Of a stretch of 64,000 bases of DNA, positions 57,111 to 64,000 are shown piece after piece. The stretch lies in contig CP170459.1 in assembly GCA_047947115.1 (NCBI GenBank), positions 1,504,001 to 1,568,000 of the forward strand, read 5' to 3'. Numbering within the stretch: the stretch's first letter is position 1; each line of letters opens with the position of its first letter. Source of the stretch: Verrucomicrobiota bacterium (lineage in GTDB: Bacteria; Verrucomicrobiota; Verrucomicrobiia; Limisphaerales; AAA164-E04). The notes beneath the pieces were generated by a model, which saw only the letters and a program-made list of their open reading frames with translations, had not been told where the DNA came from and did not search any database. Made by a program: the position numbers and the translations under genes.

Positions 57111-57352
57111 GTGTTTGATTCGTCGACCGGCCTCAAGCGACACGGATGATTTTTAAGTCACTCCGTCATCAATGATTAAAGATGACGGGGTTATCTTTTC
57201 CGGGATCCCTCAATGCATGGGTTGCCAGACATGGGAGTGGTTCAAAAGGGTTGAAGAACAGTTGATGTGATATTCTTGCTGCAGCGCTGATTGGCGGCCC
57301 AAAATGTTGCACTCCGCATCTCCTCGTTTTACAGTGGGCACCAATCAGCCCA

Positions 57353-59905
57353 ATGAAAGTATTGAGAAGATACCTATCGATTGCGTACTTGGTCATGGTT
57401 TTCACGGTATTGGCAAATCTCCTGAAAACCGATTTGCACGCCTTGGATTACCAGAGTGATATCGAACCGATTCTGATCGATTTTTGTTATGATTGCCATG
57501 GGGATGGCATGGGCAAGGGCAAGGTGGCATTAGATGGGTATTCGTCGCATGCCGATCGTTTGAACGATAAGGAACTTTGGATGCGTGTGATCAAAAATCT
57601 GCGTGCCGGGTTGATGCCGCCATCGGATAAACCGCAGCCCAAAGCCGAACAACTGCAGCAATTGGAAAACTGGATCAAGAGGTCCGTTTTCGAGCTGGAT
57701 CCCAAGAACCCCAATCCGGGTCGCGTCACCATGCGGCGCCTGAACCGTGCGGAATACCAGCATACCATCCGTGATTTGATGGGGGTGGAGTTCAGGGTCT
57801 ACGAGGAATTTCCGCCCGACGATACCGGTTTTGGTTTCGACAACATCGGCGATGTATTGAGCGTGTCACCATTGCTGATGGAAAAATACATGGACGCCGC
57901 CGAGATGATCGTTTCGGAAGCCGTCCCGACTGTTCCTCTCCAAAGGGCCGAACAGAACTTTGGGGATTCCGAATGGCAGAATTCCAGACAACCCGACCAA
58001 CGCCGGTCGCGCCATAGTTTCTACGAAGAGGTTGAGTTGGAACGTTCCTTCGAGATTCAAATCGCCGGGGAATACGAGGTGCTGCTCGAGCATGAAGTCA
58101 GGGGCGATTTTGATTTCGATCCGGGCCAGTGTCATGTGCATGTCGAATTGGATGGCGCCTCGCTTCTTGAAACCACCTACCAATGGCAAAACCGGAAACG
58201 CTACCCCTATTCGGTCACCAAACACTTTGAGCCAGGGAAATACACGCTGAAGCTCCAGTTGCAGCCGCTCCAGTCCATCGAAGAAAAGAAAAACAATGTC
58301 GATCTGCGTCTGGCGGTTACGACAATCAAGGGACCGGTTGACAAGAAACATTGGGTGCGCCCTCCGAATTACGATCGCTTTTTTCAACGACCTCATCCGC
58401 CCGAAGATCAAAATGAACGCCTCGAATATGCTCGCGAGACCTTGGCTCGTTTTGTTTTTAAGGCATACCGGCGTCCGGTGTCTGACCAGGTGGTGGATCG
58501 GCTCATGGTCATTGCTCAATCGGCTTGGCGTGAAACCGGAAAATCGTTTGAAGCCGGTATTGCCGAAGCCATGAAAGCGGTTCTGGCATCGCCTTACTTT
58601 GTGTTCCGAGTTGAGGAAACCCTCGATCAACCATTGCTTGCAGGCGAACATCCGAACCTGGATGAGTTCGCGCTGGCTTCACGTCTTTCCTATTTCCTCT
58701 GGTCCACCATGCCTGATCAGGAGTTGCTGGATCTTGCAAGCGCTGGTCGATTGAAAGACGAATGGGCTCAGCAAGTGGATCGTCTGTTGAAAGATCCACG
58801 TTCCGAGGCCTGGAGAGACGCGTTTATCGGGCAATGGTTGCAGGCGCGTGATATTGAAAGCGTCCCACTCAACGCCCGCGCCATCCTGGCACGCGAATCA
58901 AGCGAGGAACGTAAACTGGATCGCCAGCGCAGTCGGTATTTCGAGTTGCGTCGCAAGCCCGAAGATGCATTGACTGAAGATGAGGTTAAAGAGGTTGCCG
59001 AGTTGCGTGAAATTCGATTCCAGTTTTTCCGCCCTCCTCAAAAGGATCTCGACGGCTCCTTGCGGCGAGCCATGCGTCGCGAAACCGAGATGCTGTTCGA
59101 ACACATTGTGGATGATGATCGCAGTGTGCTGGAATTGCTGGACAGCGATTATTCTTTCCTGAACGAAGAGTTGGCCAGTCATTATGGAATTGAAGGTGTG
59201 GAAGGGGATCGCATGCGCAAGGTATCTCTTCCAGCAGGAAGCCCAAGAGGTGGTATTCTCACTCAAGGAACTTTTCTGGCAGTGACGTCCAATCCCACCC
59301 GTACCTCTCCGGTCAAGCGTGGTCTGTTTATCTTGGATAATTTGTTGGGAACACCTGCACCTCCACCGCCCGGAGATGTGCCTCCGCTGGAGGAAGCCGC
59401 CGCTGGTTTTGAAGGCCGGGAACCAACCCTTCGAGAAACCCTCGAACTTCATCGTGCCGATGCCATTTGTCGTAGCTGTCACGAACGCATGGATCCGCTG
59501 GGGCTTGCTCTTGAGAATTTTAACCCGCTTGGTCTGTGGCGCGATCAGGAATTCGATCAACCCGTGGCTCCTGAAGGGCAACTCGTCACCGGCGAAGCTT
59601 TCACCGGGATTCGGGAACTCAAGTCCATTCTGACCAGCACAAGACGTCTGGATTTCTACCGATGCCTGACCGAAAAACTCATGACCTATGCATTGGGACG
59701 CGGTCTTGATTACAGGGACGTGGAGACGGTCGACCAAATCGTTGCCAATCTTGATGCGCAAGGCGGCAGGTTTTCGGTGTTGCTGATGGGGATTTTGGAC
59801 TCATCCGCATATCAAAAAAGACAATCTGATGAAACCCTGCACGCTTTGAACAGGTCTGCTTCAAACGATTCGATCGCATTCACACAACAAACAACCGTAA
59901 AATGA
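57353..59905 (+). CDS. DUF1592/DUF1588-type PVC cytochrome-like protein
   Basis: CYDCH, RRLNRAEY, GFDN, ASRLSYFLWSTMPD, RTSPVKRG, CRSCH, TYALGRG. Confidence 0.9.
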   Translation: MKVLRRYLSIAYLVMVFTVLANLLKTDLHALDYQSDIEPILIDFCYDCHGDGMGKGKVALDGYSSHADRLNDKELWMRVIKNLRAGLMPPSDKPQPKAEQLQQLENWIKRSVFELDPKNPNPGRVTMRRLNRAEYQHTIRDLMGVEFRVYEEFPPDDTGFGFDNIGDVLSVSPLLMEKYMDAAEMIVSEAVPTVPLQRAEQNFGDSEWQNSRQPDQRRSRHSFYEEVELERSFEIQIAGEYEVLLEHEVRGDFDFDPGQCHVHVELDGASLLETTYQWQNRKRYPYSVTKHFEPGKYTLKLQLQPLQSIEEKKNNVDLRLAVTTIKGPVDKKHWVRPPNYDRFFQRPHPPEDQNERLEYARETLARFVFKAYRRPVSDQVVDRLMVIAQSAWRETGKSFEAGIAEAMKAVLASPYFVFRVEETLDQPLLAGEHPNLDEFALASRLSYFLWSTMPDQELLDLASAGRLKDEWAQQVDRLLKDPRSEAWRDAFIGQWLQARDIESVPLNARAILARESSEERKLDRQRSRYFELRRKPEDALTEDEVKEVAELREIRFQFFRPPQKDLDGSLRRAMRRETEMLFEHIVDDDRSVLELLDSDYSFLNEELASHYGIEGVEGDRMRKVSLPAGSPRGGILTQGTFLAVTSNPTRTSPVKRGLFILDNLLGTPAPPPPGDVPPLEEAAAGFEGREPTLRETLELHRADAICRSCHERMDPLGLALENFNPLGLWRDQEFDQPVAPEGQLVTGEAFTGIRELKSILTSTRRLDFYRCLTEKLMTYALGRGLDYRDVETVDQIVANLDAQGGRFSVLLMGILDSSAYQKRQSDETLHALNRSASNDSIAFTQQTTVK

Positions 59906-61281
59906 AATCATCCATCCTCAACCGACCGTTCAATCGCCGATCCTTCCTGCGTGGATTGGGCGCCGCCATCGCCTTGCCATCCATGGAAACCATGAAGCCC
60001 CTTTCTGTCATGGCCGAGGGAGCCGCTGGACGCGGGCTGGCGACGACAGCAACGGGCGCGCCACTTCGACTTGCGTTTGTCTACTTTCCGAACGGCGCCA
60101 TCCAGAATCATTGGTGGCCTGAGAAACAGGGAAATGATCTTCAGCTTCCCCAGACGCTTAGCCCCCTGGCAGCGGTCAAGCATCGCTTGCAGGTGTTGGG
60201 TGGACTCGATCACGTGAATGCCACACCCGGACCCGATGGAGCAGGGGATCATGCCCGCGCCAGCGGCACGTTCCTGACCGGTGTGCGCGTGAAGAAAACG
60301 GCAGGCGCCGACATCAAGGCGGGGATTTCCATCGACCAGGTGATCGCGAATCAGATCGGTCACGTGACCCGTTTTCCATCGCTTGAACTAAGCTGTGACA
60401 TGGTGCGCAAGTCCGGTAACTGTGACTCCGGATACTCCTGCGCATACCAATACAACCTTGCCTGGCGCAGCGAAACCCAACCGGTACCGCCCGAACCAAA
60501 TCCCCGACTCTACTTTGAACGGCTCTTCGGGGCCGGGGCAGCCAATGAACGTCATGAGTCACTCCTCAAGCGGCGGGCCCAGCAGAAATCGATCCTCGAT
60601 TTTGTGTTGGAAGAATCCCGGGATCTGAACCGCAAATTGACTTATCGGGACAAAGACAAACTGAATGGCTATCTCGAAAGTGTGCGGGCCATCGAGAAAC
60701 GCATCGAACAAGCCGAGCGCTTCGGCGCGCCACCCGATCCCCAGCGTGATGCACCAGTCGGCATCCCCGAATCACTGGACAATTATCTGGAACTGATGTT
60801 CGACATGCTGGCACTCACTTTCGAAACGGATTCAACGCGCGTGGCCACTTTCCTCATGCAAAACGAAGGCAGTAATCGTCCTTTCCCTGAAATCGGTATC
60901 TCGGAAGGACACCATTACCTGACCCATCACCGCAGCCAACAGGATATGATGGATAAAGTGGCCCTCATCGATCAATGGTATGTCACACGCTTTGCCCGAT
61001 TCCTCGGAAAACTGGAAGCCATGCAGGATAGTGACGGCCATTCCGTGCTGCATAATTCCATGATTGTTTATGGCAGCGGCAACAGCGACGGCAACCGCCA
61101 CACCCATGTGAACCTTCCCGTGCTCATGGCCGGTTCCGGTGGCGGCTCCCTGCAGACCGATCGATTCCATCACTACGGCGAAACCCCGATGAGCAACTTC
61201 CTCCTGACCCTGGGCGACCGGATGGGAATGCAAGGAGTGGATCGACTAGGAGACAGGGACGAGTCTCCAATGTTTGATTGA
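59902..61281 (+). CDS. DUF1552 family Tat-exported protein
   Basis: NRRSFLRGLG..IALP, YFPNG, ISIDQ, CDSGYSCAY, GHH.LTHH, DGNRH.H.NLP. Confidence 0.9.
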   Translation: MKSSILNRPFNRRSFLRGLGAAIALPSMETMKPLSVMAEGAAGRGLATTATGAPLRLAFVYFPNGAIQNHWWPEKQGNDLQLPQTLSPLAAVKHRLQVLGGLDHVNATPGPDGAGDHARASGTFLTGVRVKKTAGADIKAGISIDQVIANQIGHVTRFPSLELSCDMVRKSGNCDSGYSCAYQYNLAWRSETQPVPPEPNPRLYFERLFGAGAANERHESLLKRRAQQKSILDFVLEESRDLNRKLTYRDKDKLNGYLESVRAIEKRIEQAERFGAPPDPQRDAPVGIPESLDNYLELMFDMLALTFETDSTRVATFLMQNEGSNRPFPEIGISEGHHYLTHHRSQQDMMDKVALIDQWYVTRFARFLGKLEAMQDSDGHSVLHNSMIVYGSGNSDGNRHTHVNLPVLMAGSGGGSLQTDRFHHYGETPMSNFLLTLGDRMGMQGVDRLGDRDESPMFD

Positions 61282-61344
61282 TACACTTTAAGAAAACCAG
61301 AATCAGAGACAAATAGGCATCAAAACACAGAACACTTACACCAT

Positions 61345-62142
61345 ATGAAAAAACACCTGTTAACCTTAACAATTATGGTCACTTCGGCTTGTGCATCGAA
61401 TGCGGCGGAAGGATACACCGATACCCCGATGCAACCCAATGGACGCTGGCACGTGCATGATCCGAACCGCCCGTTGCCTCCGGTGGTCACGCCGGGAGAA
61501 TCCTTCAGTCACCAGGCAGCGGCTCCGTCCGATGCCCTTGTGTTGTTCGATGGAACCGATTTCTCGCAATGGACCGGACGCGGTGGTGAAGTGAAATGGA
61601 AACTGGAAAACGGCTACATGGAAACCACCCGCACCGGACGCATTCGAACCAAGGAAGAGTTCGGAGATTTCCAGCTTCACCTGGAATTCGCCACGCCATC
61701 CGTAGTGGAAGGCAAAGGACAGGGACGCGGCAATAACGGAGTGAATATCTTCGGAAAATACGAAATCCAGATTCTGGACAGCTATAACAATCCCACCTAT
61801 GCAGATGGCATGGTAGGTTCCATGTATGGACAAAACCCGCCCCTGAGAAATGCCTCCAAACCACCCGGCCAATGGCAGACCTACGACATCATCTTCGAAG
61901 GACCACGCTGGGACGACGAAGGTAAACTGATCAAACGCGCCCACATCACCGTGATCCACAACGGCGTTCTGCTCCACCACCGAAAAGACTTTTACGGCAA
62001 CACGCCCTACCGGGCGCTCGGTAACTACGACAAACCCCACGCCCCTACCGGATATCTGGAACTCTACGAACACGGAAACCCGGTCCGCTTCCGCAACATC
62101 TGGATTCGCCCCATCGGCGAATACGATGAGGCAGCGGAATAA
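61345..62142 (+). CDS. DUF1080 (3-keto-disaccharide hydrolase-like) secreted protein
   Basis: LFDGTD, FGDFQLHLEF, GN.GV, YEIQILDS, GQWQTYDI, VRFRNIWIR. Confidence 0.9.
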   Translation: MKKHLLTLTIMVTSACASNAAEGYTDTPMQPNGRWHVHDPNRPLPPVVTPGESFSHQAAAPSDALVLFDGTDFSQWTGRGGEVKWKLENGYMETTRTGRIRTKEEFGDFQLHLEFATPSVVEGKGQGRGNNGVNIFGKYEIQILDSYNNPTYADGMVGSMYGQNPPLRNASKPPGQWQTYDIIFEGPRWDDEGKLIKRAHITVIHNGVLLHHRKDFYGNTPYRALGNYDKPHAPTGYLELYEHGNPVRFRNIWIRPIGEYDEAAE

Positions 62143-62245
62143 ACAAACCAGGAAAAGGCAAGTCATCACGAAATCAACAAGTTAAGAAAAAAACCAAGGA
62201 GGTGCCGAAACCACGTAAACACTCTATTACCATTACAATGACCGA

Positions 62246-62490
62246 TTGCCAGGTAAGCATTAATACGGCTTCAGGTATTACAACCCCGAAACTGGGCGGT
62301 GGTTGAATCGGGATCCGTTGGGTGAGTATGGGGGAATCAACCTATACGGGTTCGTTTACAACAATCCACAGATGTTTGTGGATCCTTGTGGGCTAGAGGT
62401 TGGAGACTGGTGGCATTGGCAAACCTATTGGTGCCGATTAAAGGGATTTGGAGGGGGATTATGGGATCAAGGAAACGAGACATGTGTGAT
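62246..62490 (+). pseudogene. Orphan RHS repeat-associated core remnant
   Basis: *YGFRYYNPETGRWLNRDPLGEYGGINLYGFVYNNPQMFVDPCGL; in-frame TAA at 62261; no YD-repeat body upstream. Confidence 0.8.
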
Positions 62491-62603
62491 CCCAAAACAC
62501 CAAGGGGAAATCCTCTTCATTTGTTCCCGTCTTCAGACAACCTATCTTGGCGATATATTTGCGTCAGTCTGCGCTTTTTTGCGGATTAAAAACTTAAAAC
62601 GTT

Positions 62604-63185
62604 CTATCCCAATCCGGCATATTCTTCAGGTGTGGAGATGTCCATACCCATGAGGACGTAGTCGTGCATGGCAAGGTCCATGTCCTGAACATAGTTAGGT
62701 ACGCGGGCCAGTTCCTGGAATCCTACTTCGGCGAAACCGTGGATGGCGGTGTCGCGTTCGCCGTTGATTTCGGTTTCCAGTTTTCGCAGGCCGGCGTGTT
62801 GGGCCAGTTCGATGATTTCCCTCAGCAGGATTTCAGACAGTCCTTTGCCCCGGAAGTCCGGATGAGTCAGTTCGCTTACCAGGCCGATGTGTCGCTTCCA
62901 ACCACCTTGTCTCTGGTGGAGCGTGGCTTCGGCGATGATGATGCCGTCACGAATGGCGAGAAGCGGAAGGTTGCTTTCGTAGTCAATGTTTTCGCACCAG
63001 TCGTGGAATATCTCGCCATCGTTGACTCGCCGTTTGATGAAGAGGCGTTCGTATTCCGGGATCTTGAGGTAGAAGTCTTTGATCAACTGTTCGTCTTCCT
63101 TGACCAGTGGTCGAATTTCGCAGTTGTGTCCGTCACCACAACCGGGTTTGATGGGGTATTTATCTAATGCAAGTTCGATTGACAT
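62604..63185 (-). CDS. GNAT family N-acetyltransferase
   Basis: IRPL, THPDFRGKGL acetyl-CoA motif, GFQE; AGAGGT RBS. Confidence 0.88.
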   Translation of the reverse strand: MSIELALDKYPIKPGCGDGHNCEIRPLVKEDEQLIKDFYLKIPEYERLFIKRRVNDGEIFHDWCENIDYESNLPLLAIRDGIIIAEATLHQRQGGWKRHIGLVSELTHPDFRGKGLSEILLREIIELAQHAGLRKLETEINGERDTAIHGFAEVGFQELARVPNYVQDMDLAMHDYVLMGMDISTPEEYAGLG

Positions 63186-63410
63186 ATGTCACCTCTCTAT
63201 TTGTGGAGGAAAAGCCACGTCTTAGATCCGATGGCTATCGTCCTGGTTTATTGCTCACGTCTTCCCTTGCCGGGCTCTCAACGCGGAGATGAAGAGTATC
63301 TTTGTCTCTCTTTACCAGATCCAACATAGCTGAAGTAGTTGGCGGGAGGCTTATCCGATTTTGGCCAACCCTCAACTTTATTTCCCGAAGGATTTTGAGG
63401 TGTGAGGAAT

Positions 63411-63442
63411 AAAAAAAGCGGAAACCTGTTCGGTTTCCGCTT
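63411..63442 (-). terminator. Intrinsic terminator
   Basis: Minus strand AAGCGGAAACC-GAACA-GGTTTCCGCTT followed by a T run. Confidence 0.85.
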
Positions 63443-63472
63443 GTTGTGTGAAAGGGGGAGGAGTGCGTCAGA

Positions 63473-64000
63473 TCAGCTAAGCTCTTCGCGAACCCGCACG
63501 AGCAAATCCTTCGTGGCTTTGATGCCTTCCATTTCGGAAAGCTTGCTTCCTTCGTATTCGATGCCCACATGTCCGTGGTAACCTGCTTTCAAAACGATCT
63601 TCATCATCTTGAAGTAGTCGGTGTGTGTTTCGTTGCCGTTTTCGTCGAAGTCGTGTGATTTGGCGCTGACGGCCAAGGCGTGAGGCATCAGTTCTTTAAC
63701 ACCTTTGTAGCGGTCATATTCTTCATCACGGCTGACACGGAAATTACCGAAGTCGGGCAAGGTGCCGCAGTTGGGCAGGTTGACTTTTTTCATGACACCA
63801 GCAAGCCAGGCGCCATTTGATGACAGACCGCCGTGGTTTTCAACGATCACGCCGATGCGGTAATCTTTGGCGAAATCAGCCAGAGCAGCCAATCCGTCTG
63901 CGGCGCGGTCCTGTTGCTCTTCGTAAGATCCGGTGTTGCCGGTGGCCGCGTTGACACGAATGGAGTGACAGCCCAGAAATTTGGCGGCCTCGACCCATTT
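63473..64000 (-). CDS. Sugar-phosphate isomerase/epimerase (xylose isomerase-like TIM barrel), 5'-partial
   Basis: Frame open to the window end ([18 protein letters not shown]); VENHGG, LPDFGNF, SAKS, GIEYEG. Confidence 0.88.
   Translation of the reverse strand, partial: KWVEAAKFLGCHSIRVNAATGNTGSYEEQQDRAADGLAALADFAKDYRIGVIVENHGGLSSNGAWLAGVMKKVNLPNCGTLPDFGNFRVSRDEEYDRYKGVKELMPHALAVSAKSHDFDENGNETHTDYFKMMKIVLKAGYHGHVGIEYEGSKLSEMEGIKATKDLLVRVREELS

Noticed and set aside
4067..62263. Stop-codon recoding suggested by several in-frame stops (TAG 4067; TAA 5601, 44770, 45469, 62261; two at Tyr-like positions)
   Set aside because: TAA, TAG and TGA all end intact conserved genes here (ruvB TAA, xth TAG, recA TGA), the implied amino acids are inconsistent, and one affected gene also has a frameshift. 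Decay or sequence error is simpler.
63186..63410. Riboswitch in the long leader of the GNAT gene
   Set aside because: No recognisable aptamer consensus by eye; an Rfam scan would be needed.
59900..64000. Apparent local switch in strand composition (A/C-rich plus strand at 60-62 kb)
   Set aside because: Follows gene orientation and codon usage, and cannot be quantified by eye; not enough to call a terminus or inversion.

Overview
Bacterial chromosomal window, most likely Verrucomicrobiota (PVC superphylum). This is inferred from the PVC-type heme/CxxCH protein, the DUF1592/DUF1552 pair, a PEP-CTERM protein, a sulfatase and a secreted LamG protein with a verrucomicrobial-style C-terminal tail; no database search was possible. 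Most of the window is housekeeping or metabolic: ruvB, mtnP, cimA, valS, rpsT, corA, recA, lipA, xth, tatD, mqnA/mqnE, a cysteine desulfurase, an RND pump, and a two-component/EPS-export/PEP-CTERM cluster. The most unusual region is the first 15 kb. A REP-associated tyrosine (HUH) transposase gene (RAYT, about 4025-4582) sits among at least eight related GGTAG...CTACC-bounded elements, the full-length ones being about 205-225 bp. They have covarying and apparently interchangeable terminal hairpins, two conserved internal boxes and a length-conserved divergent core. A second, GGAG-tagged tandem family (6472-6854) shares one hairpin with them. The elements bracket a catalytically degenerate S9 peptidase, and one supplies its stop codon. 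Other notable points: an HMGA-like AT-hook in a cytoplasmic histidine kinase, a perfect 20-bp inverted repeat beside an AT-rich tract upstream of the PEP-CTERM gene, and several interrupted genes (sulfatase, RAYT, DUF11/OmcB-like, RHS remnant). No rRNA, tRNA or CRISPR array was found. All family assignments come from motif recognition by eye.
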